A stretch of 63,715 bases of DNA, the filler included, from Polymyxa betae A26-41 (taxonomy: Eukaryota > Protista > Endomyxa: Phytomyxea): the NCBI GenBank assembly GCA_003693705.1. It is 4 parts of 4 records of this genome, joined end to end, with 100 filler letters (N's around TTAATTAATTAA, not from the genome) between each part and the next. Parts side by side here need not be neighbours in the genome. Positions count along the whole stretch, not along the records: positions 31,974 to 55,524 come from RBZT01000319.1; positions 55,625 to 60,119 come from RBZT01000461.1; positions 60,220 to 63,715 come from RBZT01000888.1; 1 more part is not named here. One strand, given 5' to 3'. The notes beneath the pieces are model-generated. The model saw nothing but the letters and a program-made list of their open reading frames with translations. It had not been told where the DNA came from and did no database searches. Of the stretch, positions 51,301 to 63,482 are shown in pieces (the first letter of the stretch is position 1; each line of letters begins with the position of its first letter). The position numbers and the translations under genes are program-made.

Positions 51301-52185
51301 ATGAGATCTCTGATGATTCTCTCCTGTGTAATCTCCGTAGCCATCGCCGCGGAACTCGACTTCACATATGCGGACCAGCAGGCTTGGCCCATGCTGCCGC
51401 AGTCCCAATGCGGCGGGAAACGTCAGAGCCCCATCAACCTCGATCTCAACCAAGCTGTCGTAAACCCTAATCTGGGTCAACAATTCGCCTGCACATGGCA
51501 ACGTCATGGCGCTATATTCGGCGGTCAAATCACAAACACCGGACGGACTATCGAGATGGAAGTCGATACTTCGCATGTTTGTCGCGGGGTTCCCGGCGTC
51601 GAAGCCTCCGAATTCCGTCTCGCTAAAGTCCATATACATTACGGCACGAGAACCGGGGAAGGAAGTGAGCATACGATCAACGGACGAGCTTCGGATTTAG
51701 AGATGCATCTCGTCCATTTCGATACTCGATTCAAGGACTTGGACCAGGCTGCGCTAAACCCTAACGGCATTATGGTGACGGCGATCCTATTCGACGAAGC
51801 TCAGGAGTCGTTCAGTAACTGCGGACTGTCCAGAATGGCGGTTCTGTCCGCCACGGCGTTGCAGCAAATCAAAACGAAAACGTCGTTTCATCTTTCTGCA
51901 GGATCGCTGATCGCCGGCACCGGGCTACAGCTGCGCCAGCCGCAATTCGCTACATACGCGGGGTCGCTGACCACTCCGACCTGTAACGAAGTGGTAACGT
52001 GGGTCGTGGCCTCGCAGACGGGCCGGGTCGGGTCGCAGACGTTACAGATGCTGCGGGCCGCGCCCGGTTTGAAGCCCGGCACGAAACTGGCCCCGAATTT
52101 CCGTCAGCTACAGCAGCTGAATGGCCGGAAGGTGACGACCTCCTTCAAGCAGGCCCAGCCGCAGCAATTGGTCGGCCATAAATGA
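51301..52185 (+). CDS. Secreted alpha-carbonic anhydrase, intronless
   Basis: Signal peptide; CGGKRQSPINL; zinc ligands HIH and EMHLVH; GSEHTING; YAGSLTTPTCNEVVTW; NFRQLQ.LNGRKV. Confidence 0.95.
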   Translation: MRSLMILSCVISVAIAAELDFTYADQQAWPMLPQSQCGGKRQSPINLDLNQAVVNPNLGQQFACTWQRHGAIFGGQITNTGRTIEMEVDTSHVCRGVPGVEASEFRLAKVHIHYGTRTGEGSEHTINGRASDLEMHLVHFDTRFKDLDQAALNPNGIMVTAILFDEAQESFSNCGLSRMAVLSATALQQIKTKTSFHLSAGSLIAGTGLQLRQPQFATYAGSLTTPTCNEVVTWVVASQTGRVGSQTLQMLRAAPGLKPGTKLAPNFRQLQQLNGRKVTTSFKQAQPQQLVGHK

Positions 52186-53159
52186 GGACCGAAATCTTTT
52201 CCCGAAAATCTCCTCCGCTGCGGTGATGATTTTGCTCCTATTTCTCATGTCAAACCCTGTCAATATTCGAATGTAAAAACACTGAGTTGTTTTCTCGCAC
52301 TTTTCGCATAGTGGTTGGCGGTCGTCTGTACGTCGATTCAGTGTCGTGCGCTTACTGGAATTTCAAAGTTGTTTAACCTTAGCTTTTTGTCAACAAAGAT
52401 TCACAAACTGCGTCACTGAAACTTATTTTATGCGTTCGCAGTTTATTTTTTCCTTAAATTCAGTCTCTGCGCTTTGCTGATGGCGCCAGATAAACCGGCC
52501 CAGATCTGTCCTTAGAGCAGAACTGATGATATCGGACAGACCTGTTGGATACCCTACAGAGCGAATGTGTCGGACTGCCCTTCGATCATCTTTCGGCACT
52601 GGCCGTCTTCATTAGGAGTCCCTTCTCTACAAACCATTGCCGGTCGGCGTTGAAGGCACGGCATGGTACAATCGTCTCCTTTCAATGCTTTGATCGACGG
52701 TTTCCATAAAAATCCTCCAAACAGCAGTCGCTATTGAATTTTCGTATTCTTGATGTCAATTCGAACCTGCTACGTACGCAGCCGACGGCGTACAGGCCCC
52801 TGTGTGCGTTTTTGTACTATCCCTCATTAACATATATTTTGGTTCTCGTCCCTGGAATTTTCAGCCTTTCGTCTCGATCGGTCTCCGATTACTGTGTCGA
52901 TTAGCTTCGACAAATCAGCGGAATGTTTTCGTATCGAATGTTTTCCGATATTGACAGTTCCGACGAGACCCACGATAGCGCCGCTCTGCAGCAACTTCTG
53001 AGCAGCGACCAAGAATTTCATGATGAGCGCGAGGCTGCAGGTGAGCGAGCTGTGCCCATACAAACCTTAAGCCCTTAACGGGCCCTTTTAATGGAGCACC
53101 TCCCGCAATTGGGATGATGAACTAACATTGTAATGAAGAGATTTGGACACTCTTTCAAA

Positions 53160-53678
53160 CTAGAATTGCTCTTCAACGACGCACTGTAATCGCACGCCAG
53201 ACTCACCGTAAAGTTTCTAGCAAAGGCATATTCTCACGGCTTACATTTAGCGACGCATGGTGAAAGCTGGGAAACCACTTCGCTTGTCTACTTTGTCGTA
53301 ATCGTTTGTATCGTAATCGGCAGCACGAGCGGCAACGAAGCGAACAACACGGGAGCGGATCAGGGATCCGGCTCGATCATCAGCAACACGCAATCTACCA
53401 CATCACTTTCTCAGAAAATATAGGGTACATGGGCTCGGGTCTTTATATGATGGGCGGATGCCTACCTTACCTTATCGAGGCTCTATTTGGTCCTGCATAT
53501 AGGGCCGCTTATGATCAGCAAGTATCGAAACGGGAGAAATACTGTAAAGCCCCGAAACCATTAGTAGGGTTTCTGGAATCTATTTGGGCATTATGCTTAA
53601 ACTTTCCAGCCATGCGTTTTGAAAATAGCGCCGCTTGTTAACCCAAATCAACGAACTAGTCGAATCGAATCCAATCCT
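53160..53678 (+). mobile_element. LINE 3' fragment (same family) carrying an ~135-bp internal insertion
   Basis: Colinear with the other three copies; unrelated segment at about 53277-53412; ends GAACTAGTCGAATCGAATCCAATCC. Confidence 0.75.
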
Positions 53679-53897
53679 ATCTGGGCAGTTTCAATTTCTA
53701 TAGTTCATACCGTTGCGGACAGCTTAACTCTGATTTTTTTTTAAGAGTGACGTTGCGGCTTTATAACTCTTTCCCAAGACAACCCTCTAGAGGAAACTCA
53801 GCGCCTGTCGATAGATCTCAATGAATGCTTTCGAACAGAATGCACATTTTTCGAGAAAAAAAATATTGCGCAGATATATTGTAGAGCTGAGTCAAAT

Positions 53898-55422
53898 TTA
53901 ACATTCTTTACTGATTATATACTCTGGTCAGCATGAACAGCAGATAGAGCAGGACATTGTCCAGTAGGTCCAGGACAGTAATTGTGTTGAAGTTGATAAC
54001 GATCTATATAATGTCCAAATATATGAGAAAAATAACCTACATCATTATTACAATGATGTTCAAGACAGTATAATATTGGATGAANNACTCAGATCAGATG
54101 ATGGATTCAGATTCCGCTCCTTCAGTTCATCATTCATTCGCTTAATACACTCCAACATGAGCTTCTGTGATATATTCAGAAAATACAGATAAACTTGAAC
54201 ACAGTAATACCGTCTCAAACCCTATTATAGAATATCTCAATAGACAATGAGCACGATCTTCTCTATCACGAACTAGTCGTGATCGGATCGAGTGAAGCTT
54301 ATTGTCACTGACAATGAGATTCTCAAATCCGCACTGTTCACTCTTGCCATTGTGCCTAGAACAAAGCGCACCAAACCGACTGTGTGGAAACGGATTTCCC
54401 CATTGCGATTGAAAAATTCGAAGATCATTCTGACAGCAGATTGAAACGCATGACAGAACTGGGTAACATGTTCGCTTCAGCCAATCATCACAGCCGTCAT
54501 GAATCACGTCCAATTTCGGGTCGGTAATCTTGGCCCGACCTATTTTTAGGCTTAAACTGGCCGCCAATATCAACTTCTGTAACGTGGTCTTCGCTTTTGA
54601 GATTTCCGAGGTTTCGGTCAATATGAGCTGATCATCGAGAACTTTGATAATAACGGTTTTTTGAAGCGCATTCTCTGCTATTTGATGGGAACAATATGTT
54701 CGTATCAGTAAGAAACGCGTTTTCGTCATCATCAGGCTGCTTTTTCTGAAAAACAGTTTCAGTGTGACATTCCCCATTCAACCAACAGGAATAAATCGCA
54801 TCAGAAAATCACACAGAGTAGTGTGGTGTGTGATCTTCTCAACGCCAAAATCAAACGATTACATAAATTCAGACAGCACGCTTCCTGTTTTACCAACAAG
54901 TTGTGATTCGATTAAGTATTTCGTATTGTCACTGACAGTGAGAGTTTCAAATCCGCACTGTTTACTCTTGCCATTGTGCCTAGAACAAAGATCCCGAAAA
55001 TGGCTATGAAGAAACGGATTTCCCCATCGAGATTGAAAGATCCGAAGATCATTCTGACAGCATATTGAAACGAATGACAGAACTGGGTAACATGTATAAT
55101 TCAGCCAATTATCACAGCCTTCACGGATCATATTCAATTTCGGGTCGGTAATTTTGGCGCGGCCTATTTCTAGACATCAACTGGCCACCAAAATCAGCTT
55201 CTGTAACGTGGTCTCCGAAGTTGAGATTTCCGAGGTTTCGGTCAATATGAGCTGATCATCGAGAACTTTGATCATAACGGGGGGTTTTGCAGCGCGTTTA
55301 AAGACCTTTGATGGGAACAATATGTTCGAATCAGTAAGAAACGCGTACTCGTCATCATCAGGATGCTTTTTCTGAATGACAGTTTTAGAGTGTGATACCG
55401 TCGCGGACATCTTAACTGTCAT
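53898..55422 (-). pseudogene. Paralogous 3' half of the 35761-39169 gene, with two Cys-rich repeats and premature stops
   Basis: Two tandem KVLDDQLILTETSEIS...LQKLIL...CCQNDLRIFQS.WGNPF.HS.F..LCSRHNGK units. In-frame TGA at 55177 and TAA at 54859, and a GT>AT donor change. Same terminal exon (LYCLEHHCNND...NYCPG.TGQCPA). Confidence 0.8.
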
Positions 55423-55623
55423 AGATTACTAAGGGAGTAACTCGATTAAACAATGCTTGCCCGGGTAACCCTTCTGTCAATATCAAAGGCCGTTTTCGAA
55501 TATATCTCGTCGAGAGGAACAAAANNNNNNNNNNNNNNNNNNNNNNNNNNNNNNNNNNNNNNNNNNNNTTAATTAATTAANNNNNNNNNNNNNNNNNNNN
55601 NNNNNNNNNNNNNNNNNNNNNNN

Positions 55624-57600
55624 NGAAGGCCGTAACAACGTCAAGATGATGAGGTTGTACCTTGACTGAAGCACAATACGCGAAGAAGATGCGTAGACTG
55701 GTCATGGAAATTACAGGTGCGAAGACGTCAGTGTAATCAGTCCCGTATTGCTGGGAGAACCCTTGGGCTACAATGCGAGCTTTGTAACGTTCTGGATTTC
55801 CGGCAGAATCAGTCTTGAGCTTGAACACCCACTTAGAGCCGACAATGTTAGCATTCAAAGGTGGAGTAACTAAATCCCAGGTCTTGTTATTCTTGTGACT
55901 TGATAACTCTTCGACCATTGCTGCGTGCCAAGCGTCAGATTCTTTGGAAGATATAGCTTGGCGGTATGTTTGTGGAGTAATGACAGAATTTGAAGAATAT
56001 AAGCAAAAACCAACTCTTTGATGCCTATGAGGATCGGGAGGAGTATAACGATTGTTTGGTTTGATAATTCTGCCGGATCGAGTTTGAAGAAGTTCAGATT
56101 CAGCATCAAAGTACTCAGTAGTATCACTCGAAGAAGCGTCCGTATCGGAGTTTTGAACGTCATCGGAAGTTACGCAATTGTCAATAGATGCAAGGTCTGC
56201 GGGTTCTTGAGCCTCCTGTTCAGATACGGGGACTTCGATAGCGTTATCGGGTCTCCCACTTGGTCCCTCCTGACGCGGTAACGTAACAGAAAGAACAGGC
56301 TCTTCCGAAGCATCGTCAAATCCGCGGACTTCAAGTGATACTGTCAGTAAACCGGATTTTAACCGTATCAGATATCCTTGCCCTCCTGAAGCGATGCCTA
56401 CAAAGCGGGCTGGTTCGGACTTAAAATCTAACTTGGCGCGGAGTTCATCAGGAATCTTAGCGTACACGCTCGAGCCAAAACGATGAGCTATAGAAAGACT
56501 ACAAGGCTTACCAAAGCGGCGTGTGAATGGGATCTCACCATTGATAGAACGAGATGGTGATCTGTTACGGATATATGCGGCGTAAACCACAGCCTCGGTC
56601 CACCACTGCTTTGGCGCATCACTGTCCGCCAGCATGCACAAGGTCATCTCCTGAAGGGTTCGGTTCATACGTTCGGCGACCCCGTTCTGCTGGGGGGTAT
56701 AAGGAGGAGATGGTAGGTGATTGATGCCTTTTTCTTGAAGGAACTCGATGAATTCTTGACCGACATATTCTCCTCCATTATCCGAAATTAACGTTTTGAT
56801 ACTGCGAGCTCCGAGTTCTGTCTCCATAATGTCGGCGAATGTTTTTAAGCATTTCAATACATCCGATTTTCGACGAATTGCGTAAACAGCAACATGACGT
56901 GAAAAATCGTCAGCGAATTCCACAAAATATTGCTCACCTCGGCGACCACGAACTGGCATTTTGCCGCACACATCAGAATGGATGATTTCTCCGGGTGCTT
57001 GAGATCGAATTGGATCAGGGCGAACGCCAAACGGAGCACGAGAATGTTTGCCTTGAAGACAGGGGCCGCACGGAGTTGTAGGGGCAGCACCGGTAGCCTT
57101 GATAATTCCGGACTTGTCTAGTTGACGGATTGACGCAAATTCCAAATGGCCAAGCCGTGCATGCCAGTTGGAGATGGTATCAGCAGGTGCGGAGTCCGAA
57201 GATATCTTGGCTGATAGGGCTGCATTGGAATCTAACCGGAATAAATTTCCCGTACGCGAACCTGTTGCCACGGTGTTGCCTGCTTGCTTGAATTCGACAG
57301 TGTTCCGCTTAAATGAAACTTCATCAATTCCATTGTCGAGAGCTTGTGAGATTGATATTAGATTCTCTTTCATACCTGGAACATACCACACATTGTTGAG
57401 CTTGACAGATCCGGTAACAGCATCAGCGACAGAATCGACCTTGAGAACAGAGCCATCAGCTGTAGTAATTGAACATGGCTGAGGCAGAAAACGGCGATCA
57501 GGCTGGAGAAGAGTGACATTACCTGTCAAGTGCGAAGTAGCACCCGAATCGATAAACCATTCTCGTCCAGTATCAGATAATTGAACACCAGTAAAGAAAG
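55624..57600 (-). mobile_element. Ty1/Copia pol segment (protease, GAG-pre-integrase, integrase, start of RT)
   Basis: WFIDSGATSH, WHARLGH, IHSDVCG, SDNGGEY, TPQQNGVAERMNRT, KWVFKLK...YKARIVAQGFSQ, HHLDVVTAF; runs into a gap. Confidence 0.92.
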
Positions 57601-59633
57601 CCGCACGACCGCGGCTGATGTCATCTCCGGGTTGGTCGTTAGCGGGACCGTGCAAAAGGACCATAGTATCCACGTTGAATGTGTCTTCTTGGCCTGAACG
57701 GATGTGTTGTAGGCGGTAATTGTTGTTCGGGAGCTGTTCAAGTACCCTCCACGGGCCGGAACCGTGCGGCGTGAGCTTGCGGGTGCGGCGTGTTGGGTCG
57801 AGATTCTGGCTCTCGGGCGGTATTCGGTAAATTAAGACGAGCTGTCCTTGCTGAAATCTCACTTCGTGTCGGCCTTCGTTGTATCTTTCTGCATTGTACT
57901 GGATCGTCTTGGCGTCTTCAGCAATGGCGAGTTCTCGAGCTCGTTGTAAACGCTGGACCATCTTCCCGCGCCATTGTCGGATGTCCTCGGGCTCAGTCAA
58001 CGTTTTGGCTGGCGGAACGAGCAACTCCTGGGGCATGCGTGGGTCTCGGCCGCGTTCTAGGAAGAACGGCGTTTCTCCCAGAGCAGGGTGGACGCAAGAA
58101 CGGTAAGTAAGCGAGATTAGGCCTGTGAGCTCGTTCCAATCGGTCTTATCTGTATTGCAGAGCGAGGTCAGTGCGGTGCGCAAAAAGGCATGCGGACGTT
58201 CCGCGAGGGCGTTGCCTTTCGGGCGGTGCGCTACTGTTGTCACTAGCTTCATGCCGATGGCCGTAGAGAGTGCATCGAAAAGGTGGGACCGAAATGACTG
58301 GGCGCGGTCGCTGGTTATCCGGAGCGGGAATGACTCCTGTGTGAATAGGTCGAGGAGGACAGAGGCAGCTTCATGGGCGCCCTTGTCTTTCACCGGGATG
58401 AAACGGACGGACCTTGATGTGACGCAGACGGCGGTCAGAATGTACCTGTAATTACCGCGCCTTGATCGGTTAAGGGGTCCGAAGTGATCGATGTGGATGT
58501 AGCTCCATGCGGGCTGGAAGTTTGGAGTCCTTGTGATCATCATTCCTGTTCGATCAGGTTTGATAATTTTTGCTTTCTGACACTTTAAACAATAGTTAAC
58601 GAACTTTCGTACATCAGAGGTCATACCGGGCCAGTACGCGAACTTCGACAGCAGCTGTAAGGTCCTATTTTGTCCAAAATGGGCGCCCGGTCGTGTGCTG
58701 TGTGCCATCTGGATATACTGGTTTCGGAATTGTGTCGGGATGAGGGTCTGTACGTGGCCTGATCGGGGACATCTCCGCCGCAGTAGACCGTGTTCGTCGG
58801 ACTGGGCTCCGGGGACCTTCCGCAGGTTCGTGTCGTCGTTTTGCGCCTTGGTAAGCTGCTCTAAGTCAATCTCGATAGGGATCTCCGATTTCGGGTTCAG
58901 GATAATGACAAGGATGTCGTCGAATAGGTGCTGCTCGTCGTCTACGATGTCGGAGTTGTCACGGCAGCAGGGTTCCGGGTGGCAGCGAGATAAGGCGTCG
59001 GCGTCAACATGGCGTGGGCCTTCTTTGTAGACGACGTCGAAGGTGAAATGTTCCAGCTCGTTTACGACACGCTGTAACTTAGCATCGTCTTGTGGTTTTC
59101 TCAGGAAAGCGAGCGAAAGGTGATCGGAGACGACCTTGAAATGCTGGCCTTCGAGGTACTGGCGCCAGCGCTTGATTGCGTACCATAACGCTACCGCCTC
59201 CCCCCTTCTTGCAGAATAGGTAGATTCCTTGCCTTGGCATCGGCGGGAGAGGTATGCGACTGGATACTCATTACCGTCGTCGTCAAATTGCGTCAGAACG
59301 GCGCCGATAGCCAGGTGAGAAAAATCAGTTTTCACGAAGAACATTTTACTGAAATCTGGGTACCGTAGGACGGGTGCCGATGTAAGGCGATCACGGAGGT
59401 GGTTGGATGCCCGCTCTTGCTCTGCGCCCCAGCTAAATGGCACGCCTTTTCGTAACAGGATCGTTAACGGAGCGGAGATTTCGGCGAATTGGTCGATATA
59501 GATTCGGTAGTAGCCGGAGAGACCGAGGAAGGATCGGACGTGGGCGGTTGTTGTTGGTCGTGGGAACGATTTAACCGCATCAACCAGTCGCTGGTCCGGT
59601 TTGGTGCCTTCCGAACTGATGATGTGGCCAAGG
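57601..59633 (-). mobile_element. Ty3/Gypsy pol segment (RT thumb, RNase H, integrase), in frame with the Copia segment
   Basis: LGHIIS, VRSFLGLSGYYR, LTSAPVL, TDFS..AIGAVLTQ, ADALSR, H..HFG..C..C zinc finger, IHIDHFGPL, SDRAQSF, GPWRV. Confidence 0.92.
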
Positions 59634-60219
59634 TCACCGGAACTCCGTAGGTCTGCCTTTTACTGACGTTACAGATGCGTTTTCTAGGAAAATATTGTGC
59701 GCAAAAACATGCGTAGCGCTCCTGCGTTTTTTAGGGATCATTTCGCAGTTGCAGCGCGCGCAGAAATGCGTCAAGCAGAACCATGCAGTAAAATGCGTGA
59801 TGAAAGCATTGTCCCGCATAAAAACGCAGCATTCAGACTGCATCCCATTGCAGGGGATTGCAACCAAACGCAATATCCGATATAGGCATTTCCAGGCGAT
59901 TTTTTGCAAAATAAGTGATTTTGAGTAGACGCTGTGAAATGATAAATATGTGATTAAAGTTTATTGAAAATTGTTAGTAATGTAGCCAGAAATGTACTGA
60001 TTTTGATTTTTCAGGTACATCAGTTCGATCCCGATAATGTACTTAGAACTTCTTGATCAAGTAAAGGAACACAACTTACTCTAGTTCTAAACTATCTTCG
60101 CGTCTCTCCGCCTCTCTGCNNNNNNNNNNNNNNNNNNNNNNNNNNNNNNNNNNNNNNNNNNNNTTAATTAATTAANNNNNNNNNNNNNNNNNNNNNNNNN
60201 NNNNNNNNNNNNNNNNNNN

Positions 60220-61333
60220 TAACGAATATACTTTCGAATTGTACTCCGGAATACTTCTACTCATCCACCTGGTAGCCATTAAAAACTGCTGTAAATCTCT
60301 AGCCGTCTTTGGCTGCGGAATATTTGTTAAAGCAGAAATCCGTGCTGGATCATGAGACACNNNNNNNNNNNNNNNNNNNNNNNNNNNNNNNNNNNNNNNN
60401 NNNNNNNNNNGTGTAGCCAGTTCGAAAACTCTTTCCAAAATAGCAAACCATTGATCTAAAGTAGAAGCATGACCTAATAGATCATCAATCCAGATAATAA
60501 GCTTATCAAATATGAGCTCTTTGAAAACTTCATGCATCCTGGACTGAAACTGAATGGCTGATTTCAATGCTCCTTGTATAGATCTTCTAGGAGTGAAGAT
60601 AGCTCTATCTGTCATGAAAGAAAACATCTCTTGACATTCTTCTGCAAGAGGCATAAGCCAGAAGCCTTTAAAAGCATCTAGCTTGAACCAAAATTTTAAA
60701 TTGCCCAAATGTGTCACTATAGACTCAAGATAGGGCATTGGCCAAACAGTACTGTCAGGCATGGCATTTAGTGCTCGTAAATCTACGCACATTCTTTGAC
60801 CATCACCTTGCTTTTTTACCACCAATACTGGTGAAGCCCATTTCGAATTATGATTCTCATAAATGAAATCTTTGTTTACTAGATCATCAGTAAAGTTGTT
60901 TAGGAGCTCACTCTGCTCCAATCTGTACTTTATGGGATGGCATTAATACGGCTTAGCATCTGGCTTTAGCGTAGTAATAAACGGAGTCACCTTTGCAGGT
61001 ACATCTGGTCCCATCCTAATTCTAAGCACATTTACGTACTTATTCGATAATGCACTTAGTTTACTGATCAATTGCTGAGGTAATCCCGCACTGGTTGCTC
61101 GAGCACTTGCTCGCCCAATACTAACTCTGATTTCTTCCTGTTCAAGATCATTTAGAGTGTACTCTTTCTAACCTTGAGGCCTGGCTTTCTGAAAATTCGA
61201 AGGTGTCAAATCTTCAAGAGCTTGATAAAAATCAATGCCTATGGATTCCAAAATGTCATTACCTAGTATCATTTCTTCACCTGGAATATCCCAAACTAAA
61301 TATTTGCAAATTTTCATTGGCACCTGGACAGAA
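60220..61333 (-). mobile_element. Decayed Ty3/Gypsy protease-RT segment (second family)
   Basis: EMILGNDIL (protease), SKWASPVLVVKK, RMCVDLRALN, LDAFKGFW, IIWIDDLL. Confidence 0.9.
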
Positions 61334-61531
61334 TAAAGGTGTCCGCAAATGTGAGTGAACTTTAACCCTCAACTGTCTGTCACTGGAAGAACTTTGCAGT
61401 TGTTCGTATATGTCACAGATCTTTGCAAATATCTGTGAAAACAACCAGTTACACATAAAAGCGCCTAATAAAAGCGATTTATTTTTGAAAATGGATATCT
61501 TCTTGGGCTACAAAAAAGCGGCGATGAACGT

Positions 61532-62641
61532 TTGATCGATCAGCTTTTTGAAGACGATCTATTTGCCATCTCATCTGCTTATATGGCAGCCTCAAATTCT
61601 TGCAACCTATTCACAGATGACGAGTTGTTAAACGAAGATCAGAACTTTGTCGATCCTGAAGATGGCGTTCGTGATCAGCTAGTTCTGCTGCAACGTACTC
61701 CTTCTTATTTTCGAATTATTACCAACTTTTCTGCAGAAGAATTCGAGCTCTCAACTCGAGTCTGTCCGATTCTTGCAACAACAGCCCGCTCAACAGGACA
61801 GCAGCGTTCTGTCTTTGGAAGGCAGCCGAAGCTCTCACCTCAGCAACGTCTGTTGCTGTTTGTGCTGTATTTGAAGCACGACAACACTGTGCGAATGAAC
61901 GCTTTTACCTGGAACTGGGCGAAATCGTCAACAAGCGATGACATCTTGTTTGTCTCTTCCTGAATCAATGCCGCCTTGCACGATGAATTGCGTTGGCCTT
62001 CTGAATCGGAGCGTTCTGTTTCCGCTCAAGTAATTCCTGGTTTCGACGGATGTGTAGGGTTTATCGACGGCACGCTAATACCAATCAGGCGTTCCTCCAA
62101 TGTTGACAGTGATAGACCATGGTATAATAGATGTAAGTCCATGTATTGCTTAAACAATATGGTGGAGATTGATCATCGTGGTTTATTTATTTACATAGAC
62201 ACTGGATATCCAGGATCATTTCATGATGTAAACTGCCTTCGGCAGTCTGATCTTTACAAGAACTGGCGACAATACTTCACTCACAGCGATGATTATTTTG
62301 AATACTTATTAGGCGATCTTGGTTACGTGGAAGAGGAGATGTTTATAATGCGGCGAATAGGGCGCAGAGAGATCCCTGAAGACGGCAACGTAGATGTGAT
62401 TAACGCTTTCAACGCTATGCATGCGGGATACCGCGTTCGCGTTGAATGGGGCATTGGAGGTCTGATAAAACGAAAATGGAAAATATTCATGAAGACGTTT
62501 GAATCATCACGTGATAGATTTCCTCATCTTTTTCGCAGTGCAACAATACTGACCAACTTTCTGCAACGACGACGGCAGGATATGACCGCTGAATTGGAGG
62601 AAGGCCTGGATCAGAATATTGGCTGGGATGTTGCTGAATAA
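61532..62641 (+). pseudogene. Harbinger DDE transposase (HARBI1-like) with one in-frame TGA
   Basis: HTH region LSPQQRLLLFVLYLK; catalytic GFIDGT, LLGDLGY, RVRVEWGIG; PGSFHD. The two ORFs share a frame across the TGA at 61961-61963. Confidence 0.9.
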
Positions 62642-62686
62642 ACAGCCAGAAAGCAAAGTGCTGATAGTCTGGAATAAATTTATTAA

Positions 62687-63482
62687 TTACAACAGCAAGG
62701 CTCGCGCCTTAGCGTTGAACTCCTCCTGCTGGAGGAGACCAAGCTCCAGCGCCTGCTTTAATTTCTGCAGTTGCACCAGATCTGCTTGGTGTTTAGTTAA
62801 ATTTTCTTGAGCTCGGCGGGACTGAGCATAATTTTCGCTGATTTTGGATATAGAATCAGCCTGCTCACTGAGAGTTTGGGCTTTCGTTTAAGGCGGTTTT
62901 TTGTTGGAGTTGAGGACGTCACTCCTGTTGGCGGTTGATTCTCCTTACTGGACATAAAACTGCCCATAATTTTTTCTTGCTTTGCCGGCTAGTTGCGTTT
63001 AGCATGAGGATTGCCGGCTCTGATTTTCTCTAACATGTCCGAAGACTGAAGAGAAACTTTTCCAGACGCATCGTCGGAATCTCCAGTTTTGAGACCGATT
63101 TTCTCGGCTCGTATGTGAGCCTTCAGCACTTTTTCGCTGATGGTGCAATCAGGATATTCATTTTTATATTCAGAGTATATCTGCAAAGAGAATCAACTTA
63201 TCATTGCAACGCGTGTTTGTGAATTGCCACCTTAGGCCATATTTCTTTTGGGATGACCTGTGTTCCAGCTTTCTTGCGGCCATTTGACCATTCTGCATAG
63301 AATAGTCGGTGTGCTGCAAGTAATACGCTGGTTATAACTGAATCCACGACTTCTCTAGCAGTAAATTTCAATTTTTTACAGGGTGGAAAACTGTCTGGAC
63401 CCAGAGCTGATGCTGATTCTTCATTGCTAAGATCAACAGCTGCTGTAGATGATATATCAAATACAATATCAACTTGGTCCAT
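62687..63482 (-). CDS. Harbinger second gene (Myb/SANT-like DNA-binding protein with SHOCT-like tail), spliced, possibly decayed
   Basis: Convergent to the transposase; IWPK|IYSEYKNEYP joined by a GT-AG intron; ends LQKFKQALELGLLQQEEFNAKARALLL. Confidence 0.6.

Noticed and set aside
52480-52600. Possible snoRNA or ribozyme around CTGATGA with a CTGTCC/GGACAG stem
   Set aside because: No matching D box or GAAA core at a suitable position; support insufficient.
61961-61963. Stop-codon reassignment or selenocysteine suggested by in-frame TGA/TAG/TAA in several genes
   Set aside because: All three stop types appear only in repeats and decaying paralogues, while housekeeping genes terminate normally; ordinary pseudogenisation fits better.
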